Shown: piece by piece, positions 12,604 through 25,600 of the stretch | Position numbering within the stretch: the stretch's first letter is position 1 | Layout of the letters: every line of letters starts with the position of its first letter | From: Marsupella aquatica | Taxonomy: Eukaryota; Plantae; Marchantiophyta | Reading direction: 5' to 3' | Length of the DNA: 64,000 nucleotides | Assembly (NCBI GenBank): GCA_973895155.1 | Contig: OZ316892.1 | Location: forward strand, 6,989,251 to 7,053,250 | The notes under the pieces: generated by a model | What the model saw: only the letters and a program-made list of their open reading frames with translations | What the model was told of the DNA's origin: nothing | Databases searched by the model: none | Position numbers and translations under genes: made by a program

Positions 12604-15541
12604 TGTGGTGCGTCCCATGGCTCTCTAAACCCAAGAACCCGCCTTGAACAAGTCGATTTCCACTGGTTTTGCTCTTGCCAAGGCCAGTTCTGCGGCTTAT
12701 CGGTATGGGACGCTGCTAAAGTACTTTACTAACTTTTTACCCACATATACTGGATAGATCCTTCATTGTGTCATGAGATATGTAACCGGCCTACTCTAAG
12801 CCTCTCCTTAATTTCTTCTATCGGTCTCCCTTCAGGTATGTTTGGATTTCACCCCCGGAATGATGCCCAATTGGCTTGGGTAGCCGCTAAGATTCCTCTC
12901 AACTCAACACATCCAACTCTTCCTGCTCTTGATGACTTCACTTATTTCTTTTCTCTCCTGTAGTTGATGGGGGCAATCTTCACACAAGTTGATGCGACAC
13001 ACAACTAGAAAGATGACTCATACTGACTAAGTTATACCGTGCAATTGCCATATAAGGAGTACTTCTCACACACAAGATCTGCGAACTAAACCGGAAGGCC
13101 AACTCTATTCAGCTCTTAGGCATGAGGAAATATGAATATACACAAGAGTCATTGCATAACTAACTGACAGCTTCTCTTACTAATTGATCCCAGCCTTGGT
13201 GGTGCACTAAAAACTTGCTAAAAAAAAGCCTTGAAGTCCTCACTGCACAGGTATTTATCTTGGCAGCGCATCTACCTATTCCTTGTTGCGTAAGCCTAAT
13301 CTACCTCTAAGTGTAATCTACCTATGTACAGCGGGGCAAGAGCACAAGTGTTGCTCTTACCAGTGGATCCGCAATCCCACTAATCTAAGTATCAAGGCCG
13401 CCTCTTGGCCCTGATCCTAATCCTAAATTTGGGTCCGCGCCCGCTCTGCCCACTCACGCCTCCTACCTCCACGTCTTGCCTCCCAAAAAGGGACGGCCCT
13501 CCTCCACCGTCATGACACTGGTGGCTGGCCCTCAATGGACGCCCTCAGTCCTTCCTTGGCGGCCAATGTAATTGGTCCATCCTCTGACAGGTCACCCACT
13601 CCCAACTGGATCAACCCATCCTCAACGTGACCGGGTCCCTCTCCTGCCTCTGCTTCTACTTCCCCGACTTTTGCTTCCCCGGCTTTTGCTTCCCTGGCTT
13701 GTAACAGTGGTGGGTCCGCATCTACGGTTTTGGCACTGTCAGTCCCAGCATCGGCCATCTTGCCGTAGTGGTCCTCCTCATAGGCTCATCCTATGAGGTG
13801 GTTTGTCTCATCTTCCCAAGGTTGTGGTTGATGCCAATCAATGATTGGCAACCTTGAGTCAGCGCCCGTCATGGCCTCACCCAATTGGTCTTCTTGGCCT
13901 ACCTCCAAGGTTGCCACCTTGACAGCCACTACCTCGCATAAGGCTGGTGCCATGCTTTCTACCTCAGTCACGATGGCCTGAGGAACCGCATTGCTCCCTG
14001 ACCCGGAAGGTTTTTGCTTCTTCTCAGTGTCCTTCCCTTCCCAGGCAGTCGGTGCCTTCCCCTTGCCAATTACTTGTTGTTCCTCCTTCAAGATCTTCTT
14101 CAGTTGGGTGAGGAGGTACCCGTTATAGTCCCAGCTTGGGTCTGGCCTCTCTGTCAGGTAAACCTGTGCCTTGCCAATCTCTGGCCTTGCCAGGTTGCAA
14201 TGCATTGTCACCTGCAAGAAATTAATCATTTCTCCAATGTGCGGGTTGGTGCAGGTATTTCGAAAGAAGTCATGCATACTTTGTTGATGGCCTGGGGAAC
14301 GATCTAAACTCCTTGTCTGACAAGTTCTTCCGAGTGTCTACCTTGGTCTTGTTGCCTATCGGCAAGCCAAATACTTTAGCAATCATCTTGGGAGTGAGAT
14401 AGAATTTCCTCCTGTAGACCTTGGTTGCATTCGACTTGTGATCCCATGATCCCACAAATTCTAGCACTTGAGTCTGATTTCGGCACCTCCGGCTTTAGCC
14501 ATGGTAATCTAACAAAGGTCACCAAGCCCGATCCGGCCATGAAGCCTTGGTACTTTTTGGGCTGCATGGCTGTAAAACATGCCTCCTCCTCCCATGCAAA
14601 ATGTAACTATACTCCCTGCGGTATGACCATCGCCCAGTCCTTCCATGTATCATCTCTGGTAGGGATGACATTGACTGGGTTGACCTCTAGTTCCTCGGCT
14701 TCCTCTTGCCTTTGTCTCCCTTGCTCGGCCGGCTTTCTAGATGTCGCCGACCTCGTTCTTTTGGTCGGGGTGGTTTCTTTGTTGTAGGTCATCTTTGGTT
14801 GCTCCTGATCGATGACTCCCCTAGCACTGTTGCTTTTGTCCACGCCTCTTGCAACCCTTCACGTCCCAATGTTTGTTGTTGCAGCGGTTGATGGCCTCCC
14901 GGATGCCAACGATTCTGTTCTTTCAAAATAGAAGATCGTTGAGCTAATTGGCAGTAGACGTCCACAAGAATTTAGCCTTGATGAGCTCTCCTCCTAGAAA
15001 GGCAGACTTTTGCAATTCCCACAGCCAAGCAAGCTCCTGTCATTCTCGGGCTGCTCTCTCCGACTCCTTGTCCTTGTATGTCCCAATGTACATACTCAGT
15101 TGCCCGTTCGAACAGGCATCCCCAAAAATGTGCAGCTTGATTGAGGTTGCTCATTCCCACCTTGTGTCGATGCTCAGTATCTGCTTCCACCCACAATGTT
15201 CACCTCAATAGCTGATAGTTGTTGGCTTCTCCTTGCAATCTGCTCAATCAATGTTCGCGAATGAGCCATCACCCTTGGTGAACCTCCCTTACCCCCCTCC
15301 GGCCTGCCGTTGCCTGACTTGGTTGTTGATGACCTACAGCCTCTGGTGCTTAGCGTACCCTAACCCTCATTGTGCCCCTTGGTTGTTGTTGCGCCTGTTA
15401 CTCCCGGTCTCGGCTTGGGTTCCATGGATACCCTTAAATGTTTATATTTTCTCATATTTCCTCCTTATACTAATGGTTTTAGTGTATACCACCCGGTTTT
15501 ACCATTTTACAAGGCCTAGTGATTCTTGGCTAGGCATCACG
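12604..15541 (-). repeat. Long (about 2.9 kb) 3' LTR-like segment of Gypsy element B containing decayed ORFs
   Basis: On the minus strand it begins CGTGATG right after the PPT AAGTGGGGAGCTA and ends CACCACA at 12604, an imperfect inverted repeat. It abuts the pol of element A. Bases 12604-13700 are clearly homologous to 50142-51250. Confidence 0.6.
13510..14843 (-). pseudogene. Retrotransposon accessory ORF (plant-transposon/PMD-like), frameshifted
   Basis: Pieces 14607-14843, 14376-14567, 14270-14467, 13786-14277 and 13510-13758 chain together. VLEFVGSWD...KVYRRKFYLTPKMIAKVFGLP fits the EF...I..LGLP pattern of plant retroelement accessory proteins. The C-terminus is homologous to 51048-51359. 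Confidence 0.6.
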
Positions 15542-18500
15542 TAGCTCCCCACTTAATTGTGAAGCTTCCTCGCAAACAACTTCATCTTCATCCATGTAAT
15601 ATTTCTTTAGGCGGTCGTAGTGTATGCAAACTGGGTATACCTCCCCCTTAATGTTAGCCAGTTGAACGGAACCATTGGAGAACTTCATGTTTACCCTAAA
15701 GGGTCCTAGCCAGCGAGTGTAAAGTTTACCTGGAAACTTAATATACCTACTGTCATAGAGTAATACTAAATCTCCCGTCTGGATACTAACTAGTTTTAGC
15801 TTTTTGTCGTATTGTTGCTTCATTGTGTTCTGCCTATGTTCTACTCTTTCTGCTGAAATCATCCTTTCCTCTTCTAAGGCCTCTAATTTATATTCTCGCT
15901 CTCTTAGGCTTTCTTCCTCTAAAGATCTCTCCTTAATTGTAACTTGAAATGTAGGAATCTCAAGTTGTATGGGTACTAACGCTTCCTGTTCAAAGGTTAA
16001 AAAGAAGGGTGTATGGCCGGTGGTTGACTTGTAGGCTAAATTGTAAGCAAAAACAACAGCAAACAATTTTTCATCCCAATCGATTTTGTTTTGGGCCACT
16101 GTCTTGTTTAGGATCTTACCTATGATGCCATTTGCTCTGTCTGTCAACCCATTTGCCTTTGGGTGGTAGGCCAATGACATACTAGGTACTGCTCATTTAA
16201 ATGGCTGACTATATCATTCAAGAAATGAGTTCCTCTATCACTTACTAATTCTAGGGGTGCTCCATACTTGGTAAAAATTTTCTCATACATAAAACAAGCC
16301 GTGGTGACTGCATCATCCTTTGTCGTTGGCCTGGCCTCTACCCACTTGGTTGCATAATCCATAGCTAAGATGATGTACTTGTTTCTCCGAGGATGAGTTA
16401 ATGGCTTCAAGGGCCCAATGTAATCAATACCCCACTTCTCGAATGGTGCCAAAGGTAGAATGGGGTGTAGCGGATGTCTCATGGCAGCCCTTGGCCGTCC
16501 TGCTCTCTGGCATGGATCACATTGCTTGATGAACTGGTGTACATCCTTGTGTAAGGTTGGCCACCAATAGCCGGCATCTAAAATCTTTTTAGACGTGGTT
16601 ATTGGTGCAAAATTTCCCCCGGCTTCTTCTCCATGCATAGCCTGTAGGACCCGCTTCACTTCTCCCTGTTCCAAACACCTTTGAATTTTTCCATTGACTC
16701 CATACCTATGTAAGATGCCTTTAATGCACTGATACTGCTGACTTTCCGTAGAAAAACTGCGGCTTGTTCCCTGCTTAGTCCTGCTTGTAACCTTGACGTG
16801 CTGAGAAATCATAATATATCAGGGTACCAGGTATCCGTCACTTCCACTATGAATAGCTCTTTGTCTGGAAATTGATCGTCAATGCAGTCCGTAGTTGGTT
16901 CACCTACAATCCTTGAAAAGAAGTTGGCATTGGCATGCAACTTCCCCGACTTGATTTTTAACTCGTAGTCAAATTCCTGTAATCGCAATATCCATCTTGC
17001 CACCCTACCCGTAAGATCTGGTTTATTCACTAGGTACTTCAAACTTTCATGATCGGTATGAAAGATCACCTTGTAACCCAGTAGATAATGCCTAAACTTT
17101 TTGCAAGAGTAAATGACTCCTAATGCCTCCCTTTCTATGGTTGAGTAGTTTCTTTCAACATCGGCAAGCTATCGGCTTGCATAGTGTATGGGATGGTCCC
17201 TTCCTTCTCATCTAGCTGACTCAATACTGAACCGATATAGAAGCCTAAAACATTTACATAAACATGAAAATCTTTGTTCCATTCTGGTGCTATCATGACT
17301 GGGGCCTCAACTAGCATCTGTTTTAATTCAATTACTGCTGTCACTCTCTCTGGTGTGGGCTCGAAGTCTGCTCCTGCCTTGAGCATATTTGTCAATGGTA
17401 ACGCTAGTTTGGAAAAATCTTTGATGAATCTACGATAATAGCCAATGCACCCCAAGAAGGATCGAACATTCTTTATGTTCTTAGGTTGCATGATATCCAG
17501 CCATACTGCAAGTTTACCCTTGTCAATCTTGATGCCTTTCCTCAATACCTTATGATCGAGTAGCACACCCTCCGTCACTCCAAAGAAACATTTATCAGGG
17601 TGTAGCTTGAGGCCCACCTCCCTACATCTCATGAAGGTCTTTCTGAGGTATAGTGGTGGACCTCGCCACCCAACGCCCTCACCAATCCTAGCACTCACAC
17701 CTAAGTGCCCTTGGTGCCCGAACGCCTCCTCGGAATACCTCGAGCAAGCACCCTAGTGCCCCTTGCACCATCAACGGCCCCTCCCATACGAAGCCGCACT
17801 TGCTCACCTACCCGACCGCTACTCAATGGTCCTCACTGTCTGCACAAGCAACCAAACACCTCGGTAAGTAACCCTTCAGGATCTAGAACTCGCCAAGTCT
17901 AGCATCCTAACTCAAGCTCAACAGACGTTGATAAATAGGTCAGCGATAGGTCCTCCCAATGCCATAAGCCGGAACCAGAGCCCACGCCCACTATCCGTCC
18001 AAGACAGCTCCTTCCTTGGGCGCGGCCCGGGTTCCCCCTCGTACCTATCCATCACCAACTGACTGCCCTGACCTCAGGACACGCTCATGGCCCAAATAGC
18101 GTACTAGCTTGTCCTAAAGCTTGTCCCAAGCTTGTTCCAACACGCCGAGACCAGAACGGCCCCGACTCTAGCAACCACTCCTGGTTTTCCCCATTGATGG
18201 TCTAGGGACCGAGCACCCTTGGAACTCAGCCTCCACACCTACTTGGCCTTGCCTCCCCAACGCAAGCTCCCTTGGGAGATTGAACGCGGCTTGGCTGCTG
18301 TTTGGCAGGATTTGGCAAGCGGGTGAGCCAACACCCGCAAACCACGAGAACCCATGGCACCCCCAGACCCATCTGAGCTTTCCAACGCACCCAAGAGCTT
18401 TCCAACGCACCCAAGAAGTCCTCCAATGGACTTCCCGTTGGGATATTGCCATTTCCGTTTGGCGGTTTCCCTTAGTGTCGCGACCGCCGCGGCTCACGAC

Positions 18501-19214
18501 TTCGGCTCGCCCTTAGCCCCCAGGGAGACACCACTCCCCTCATATATGCTTATGGGGACCTGCCACCCCCGGACTAGCTTTGGTCCCTAACCATTTGGCC
18601 CCCAACTCGGATCCCATCGCACATAATGGGTGTGCCACCAACTGGCAACGCCCATAACTTTCTTGATAGGCATCCACAAGCGGAGTGCCTTAGCCTGTTG
18701 TGACCGGGCCAACCTAGTGCTCATACCTAGGCCCTCAGGTTTGATCGCCGCTCAGGGCCCCCGACCGGTCCAACCCGGATCGGGCCACAACTTGCGCCCC
18801 AAGCGTCCGTTGCCAATGGCTTCAACTCCATTGGCCTTGGGCCCAAGAGGAGCTCACACTCAAGCCCTTAGAACTCAAAACTCTTCCGGAGGTCCGGATG
18901 GCCATCCTTGAGCCCGGCCCATTTCCCCTTGACCCGACCAGCCATCGGCTAGTCCCAGTCCTTAATGTGTGCCCCCATCTTGGCTCCTTGCCTCGCTAGT
19001 ACCACGCCTCGTTGCCCTCAAGTCTCCCTATGCTAAGTCCTCCCCGGATGGCCTATCCGGGCCTGGACCATAAGGGAGCTCGGTGTCGGAGTCAGCGACG
19101 CCGGAGCTAAGTGTTAAGGTAGTCGAGTTCCGAGACTGGTATTTAGCATGTTTCGATGCTTTCCCAAACACTACAAAATCATCAATGAAGATCTCCATGA
19201 ACTTTCTTAAGAAT
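15542..19214 (-). pseudogene. Ty3/Gypsy pol (RT-RNase H-integrase) of element B, 5'-truncated and interrupted
   Basis: FMEIFIDDF (RT, about 19175-19210), LKLHPDKC, FLGCIGYYRRFIKDFS, HTDHESLKYL (RNase H), GYWWPTLHKDV, WGIDYIGP, SDRGTHF and RWLGPF. Confidence 0.92.
17652..19137. mobile_element. 1486-bp GC-rich insertion (probable solo LTR) with a 5-bp target-site duplication
   Basis: GGTAT flanks both sides (17647-17651 and 19138-19142). Removing the insert restores RT as ...GKASKHAKYLRKTFMRCREVG.... The termini are AGT...ACT. Confidence 0.85.
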
Positions 19215-22200
19215 GGGGGATCTTTAGAATGCTTTGAGAAAATTAAAAGAAAAGGATGAAAACAATTATTTTTCATATTTGCATTTATATATTTTATATT
19301 ATTAACTTATATTGAACAGCAAAATTTTATTATTAATCAATTAACTTATATTGTTATAAAGATATTTTGAAAGAAACACTTGTTTAGGTTATGTGTTGTG
19401 TGCTATGTAATTTACAATTTGATAATGTGTGCAAAGCCATTGGGGTTTAGTACACAAATTTCAATAGACATATACTTTTGTACTAGGATTACAGATCAAA
19501 GTTCTGCACAAGATTCTAACAAAATTTCATGCAAACAATAACTGCTTCTAGACAAAATTATGTGATTGATAGACACGGGGGTAGACACTTTATAAAAATT
19601 GTAAATAATAACAACGTTATGCTCTTAATATTTCAGAATAACAAAGAAATATACCTCTGCTTAGGCTAATGGAGCTCGTTTTAACCATTTTGTTTCTTGA
19701 TAGGATGCACCTGATCATTACGATTACTCGAAGGTTTTTCTGTTTCACTCTTAAGGAACATCTTAATATCATTCCTGATTGATGATTGGAATTGGGACAA
19801 AGACAGGCAAGCAATTTGTCTTCCATGATAAAGTAATGACATTGTGTTTGTTGCAAACATCGAGTGTATGCGCTTGGCTTCCATCCAAATTTTCATCATG
19901 TCTACATTGTTACACACCAATATTCCCCCACCACACTTATCTAAAAATTTGCGGTTATCTTTGAAAATTGGAAGCAGTGTCTTAAACATAACCATAAGCT
20001 GATGATAATGCCTTGTATACTTCTTAATCTGCTTGAAAGTAGTTAAATCTCATACTAACTGCTTTCTATTTTCATTTACAAATCTGGCAATTGGCCTATG
20101 AGGATTTATGCAACAATGACCCAATTTGTTGTCCTTGGTAGTCTGTTCTAATAAACCCATCACAAACTCCAATGAATAAGCTCCAAAATTCACGAAATAA
20201 GCTAAAAGTAGTTTCGAGTCTTCAACCAATACATCTTCATACAACACCAATCATGAGTGCTAGGATCTTTTTGAATGTTTTACTTTCAGTCCACATCTTA
20301 CTAATCCGACCATGTTCCGTGGAAAAAGAATCTCTATTTGGTAATCTAAAAATGTGAATGCACTCTTTTGTTTTTAGAGTGTAGTACATCCAAAAGTCAT
20401 TCACTAGGCTTCTCAAACTATCCGAGTCTGTACAGTAGCTCGCAAATTGAGATACGCTTAGAGTAATTTTAGGTTCGATTTGAACTCTTTTGTCCATGTA
20501 AATTCATCTTTGGTTCTGCATATGTTGTTGTTAACTGCTTCATGATAAATCAAAATTTGCTGCCTTATTTGACTGTCAATTCTATCATATCTTCCGTAGT
20601 GTCTTTCAATAAGTTAGTAACAATAAATCCATATTTCTGGCATTATTATCTTTTCACTGCCGAGTGAAGGATATTTGCAATATTCGGAAGACCTCTGTTA
20701 GGACCAGTCTCAATGAAAATGTCAAGCTCATGCATAACATGAAGGCATCGCCCCCTGATTTTGGTAGTCCACCTCCTTTGATAGAACTGATGAAACACGT
20801 TGTCATTCCAAAGATGAACATGCTTGCCTGAGATTGCTTGTTGAACGAGGTGCAATGTCGAACAGTAAGGGCTTTGGTTCCAAAAAATGAAAACATGGTG
20901 AAAGATTGGTTCAAATGATACGGTGATGATGATATCAGAATAAGATACGAGTGGGTTTACACGAGAACATAATGAACTCCCCCCGAAACACCCCAGCCCA
21001 CCTACCCTTGGGCCCTACACCTGCAACATAATAAACCAACTAGACATGTCCCCAATTTTACTAAGAGCGTCTCCACTGGGCAACTAGTCTTGGAACTAAA
21101 TGGCTCCAAGGGGATCACCGGTACGCATGTGCAGTTGCCAATGCTTGACTCAATTATGGAGGCTAGTAGTCACTCTTGGAACTAAATGGCTTCGAGTAAC
21201 AGTTGGGAAAAGTGCCGCTGGATGGCATCTCGGTACTTATGAAATTTGTTCGTATCTTAAGTGACAAGAAAGGAAAAACCAAAATCAAATCAATAGGAGT
21301 GAAAAACAATTCAGGGATTGAAGTGTACTCCTTTTTATCAGAATATTTGGGACAATAATAGCCCCTCAACACTAGCCCTCGTTTTGGTGCCATTATAGCT
21401 CTCAATGCCTTGGAAACAGGGTGTTACAATATTCAAAACTTCCAAGGGATCTGGGTTACTAACAAGGGTTCACGGCCTGACTCACCGGGGGTCCAATATT
21501 AGATTCACGATATTTGCATTTCCCTATTCACGATAACTTGCAGTATAGGGACTTCACTTAGTACAATCCTGTAGACGAACAAGCATATTATAATCTTGGA
21601 TTTTTGTTAGTATCAATTCGAAGGAGCATATCATAAATTTGCAATTTTTGAGGATCAACGTATCTCATTAACTTTAGGGTAGGCTTGGATAACGGTCACG
21701 AAGTCTGGGTCAGGCTGTTGAAAATTAATTTGAGACAAATTCACTCGTGACACTTTGGCATTTTGGATTCCATGCCTTTTCGCTGAGACTCTCCTGAGCT
21801 CAAGCATCCATCACGAAACGAAAGATCATAAAGGTGTTGGCGGGTACCATGTTGAGTCGTGGCTACCAAAAGGTCCCAAACCACCACGAATTCCTATTGA
21901 GGCCCTCAAATTAGAAGGTCAAAGTACAGGCTTTAAAGACACCCTACTCCGATAATATTCATATCTCAACAGTGAGGCCAAAAGATCTTCACACACAACC
22001 AGCAGACTTCAATCTATAAGGATGCAGAGTTGTGTCTCTTGGCTGCAGACTACCACATTGCGAAGAAAATTCTGTTACTCGTAATCCCAGTTTAGCTAAC
22101 AGGCCCCTACTATCAACTAGCGAGCTGGTATTTGATAAACCGACCTGCAACATTTGTGATTTGCGTCTCCTTATCTCTAGTCACCTGCACAAGCAATTTA

Positions 22201-22638
22201 GGAAGTGGGAGAAAAAACTTCAATCAGCGGTAGAACATAGCTGTGGGGCAGATCTACTCCCAATCAAAACCAGCATGTTATACTGAAGAGTGGATGGCTA
22301 ACCTTTAGGTGAGAAACAATAGGTGAAGCAAAACATGGAGATCCTCGATTTGACTTACTAATTTTTCGCGTGAACCTCCCGTTGTGGCATATCGAATCCA
22401 TTCTCAGCTTTCCAAAACCCCTGATACTCGATCGCTCTTGGAAAATGATGCCCATCAGATTGTCCATACAATACAGAGCTTCAAATGTACTTGTTTTTTC
22501 TTCACCTTGACAGCTCAGACCGCGTACATGACCATTGAAAGATAGAAACGCCATTTCCCAGTCCCAAAGTTTGACTTGCATTTTATCTACTTTAAGGTCA
22601 ACATGATCTTGCTCCCTCTACAGCATGATGGCACCCAG

Positions 22639-25600
22639 TCATACGAAGTCTAATGTTCCAGTGATGTTATACGGAGTGGAGAAGTTGCTCCGTTTGGCTT
22701 GCCCTTGATCAACGAGAGCAGGTAGAGCATTTGCATCTTTTGGTTTCATTCCCTGTCCTGTCCAAACCTGAACAGGAATAGCCAAGGTATTTTATTAACC
22801 ATCCAAAGTTAACAAAGAATCCAATTTCAACGGATTTTATCAAACTTGCAACCAGTTCATGAAAGGCCAAACGTTGACTGTAGTATTATAAGAAGATGAT
22901 TACCGTCACATGAGGCCATGAACTCAGGGACTTGATAGTTTGTTCATCACCGGCATTTAATCGAACTTCCAGGGCACACAGCTTGTCTGAATAAACCAAT
23001 GCAGTGATTTGGACTGGGGCAGAGGAGCCGCGCAAAGACCCATAAGCAGCTACTGCTGCTACCCCATGCGCATGCTTGTGTGCAAGCGTCACATGAGCCT
23101 TCCCTAAATTTTCCTTCCAACTTTTGCCAGTGATGTAGGTCTGAACATCAGAATCCTCCGATACAATCTGCAGACGGAAAGAAGTTCATGCACAGGTGAA
23201 TACTATACACAGTGATCATTCACTCTTGACATTGGAACCGTGCCTCCTGATTTAGGCTCCCCGGTCAGACATCCATACTCTCAACAAAATAAATCACAGT
23301 TCATCACATCCATTTCCTTGGGGGGGAGGAAAAAGGCAAGCAGAAATGGGGTTTTTGCAATGAGAGGCGGAATCTCCATCGTAGCTCAGTATACGTTGCC
23401 ATAATACACAGGTTCATAAGCAGATCTTCAACTAGCCGGCACTGCACACAACAAAGATGGCATCTTGGATGACTCACCTTTTCTAGTGCCTTAGCTACAT
23501 CCCCTTTCGGCAGCTTAACAGCAGCAAAAGTAATCGTATTGAAAGTTCGTTCTTCTGTGACCTTGGGAACATGCATAGTTAGGCCTGATTTCATGATGCT
23601 CCGCAGCTGCTCTACAACTGAGTTCACTGCATCCTGGAGTGGGACCTGCATTTTGCAACCAGATGCAACTTATCTTGGAGATACAGGTATGCTCAAATAA
23701 ATATTGTTTTTGTTCTAATTAACGCACATCTGCGGAGGTACAGCCAGGAGAACTTTGACACCAAATAAGGAATATAACGAATCCTTGTAATGAAGAACTA
23801 ACCAGGTGCGAAAATATAAAATAACTAACATCAAAATCTTCAAGAGCCATCAAATGGCAAGCATCTTAACAAGACTTCACAATTCTCTCCCAAAACACAA
23901 ACGAGAGCGGTTTTCATGTGCAACAGCGCCAACTGAAATCACGAGTTTGACAGCACTCTTAATCCAACTCTGCTTATGGAATTCAACGAACGGGATGGGG
24001 TACTATTCAAGGCTCTTGAGGACTAGTCTTATCTTGGGAAAGAGGAAAATGGAGTAGAAAAGTTTGTGTCCAAACCTGTATCGAATCCAGATATTTGAAG
24101 TTTGCGCTCAATGTCTTCTTTAATTGTGCCTCCCATGTAGCCCAAGCATCTTTAAAGGTCCCTTTGGTACTCTCCAATCTGCAAAAGAGAAATATCGTGA
24201 GAGGCCTAGGACGGATGTTCGCAGAGGCAACCTGGTCACGCTGTACATGACGAGCTGGAGCCTTGCCATTTCAGATGCTTAGATGCTCCTTTTCAATTAT
24301 AATACGCACAAAATAAAAGTGTTCCTGGATACGGGGTACCCTTGTTCTCGCTCTATATAGATGCAACTAGATACAGTTCTTTTAAGTATTGTAAGCCATT
24401 GAAGCGTATTCTTTGCCAAGGTTGGAGCATCATGCCTTCCATGTTTAGAAAGATGTTTCTTCTGGAGAGTAAGACCTTGCTCTATAACCTCCAGAACGGC
24501 TGTTGGCAATGGCTCTCTGTAGTCACAGAGACAAAGAACGGAAGTTAATGGACTAGCCAGTGTAAAATACACTAACGGAATAAAGGCCCCGTGAGAAAAG
24601 ACAATTTTGAATAGATTGGTTATTCTAACCAAGAGGAACAATGAGCAAATCTAACAAGATATAGAGCTTCACTAACCTATCTGCCTTTAGTAATGGCATC
24701 TTGACAAGATGTCCAAAACGGTCAAGTAGCTCTTCTTCAAACTCTTTCCGGTCCTGAAAGTTACCACAAGAACATGTATAGGGACGACGATCAGTAAATA
24801 CAGGACCGTCTTTTGCAGCTGCGAAGAAATTGTAATTTTGCTTGTCAACACTTGGACTGCCTAGTTGAAAATTATCACAGACAAGTTCGGGTTTTGATGC
24901 TGCAGTACAGTCGGAGTCCTCCTATATCTTACTTGAGAAGATCGGAAAAATTACAGCCAGAAGTAGGATACTTCCTTTTAGTGAAAACTCTCAATTCGGC
25001 ATCAGGGTTTCAATGCTCTCACCTTGCCATTGTACAAGCTGTAAAATATGAGAAGAACAGCTCCAGGATTGGGAGAATTTTTGTCCAATTTCCCCTGAAA
25101 AGCATTAAGTCGTTGAATCTAAGTCCTCCGAGGAAACATACATGATATAGAAATGACCTCTGCTCAGATGGAGAATGGATTTTATTCTAAAGTCATAAAG
25201 ATCCTAGCTTTCCAGGAAGAACTTTACAAATAACGTAATTACTTCACACACCAGTACTTGATCTCATATGGCCAGTCAGAAATGGCAAATTCACATTTCA
25301 AACTCTAAACCTGATGTGAGATTCGTTGCAACACCGCTTTTAATGTCAAGCTTACTTCTCAGATTATGCTCTGTGCTCTGTGCCATTTATTTGAATACCA
25401 TCTTCGTCACTAGTTTTTATATGTTGAGAGATTCGCTAGACTTGGATAAGAAGGGGCATACTAGGATGAATGTACTTCTTTATCGCAATACATGTCTCAT
25501 ATTCATAAAGTATAAGGATAGGCTAGATTACTCACTGGGTGTTCAACCCTCTGCAGTACTCGGTACATAAAGATTGCCAAAGCATCCAGTGAGTACGGAT

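Noticed and set aside
17705-18911. Many short ORFs inside the 1486-bp insertion
   Set aside because: Expected by chance in GC-rich sequence; no protein motifs.
21755-22581. Short ORFs downstream of RNL
   Set aside because: No recognisable family; probably 3' UTR or intergenic.
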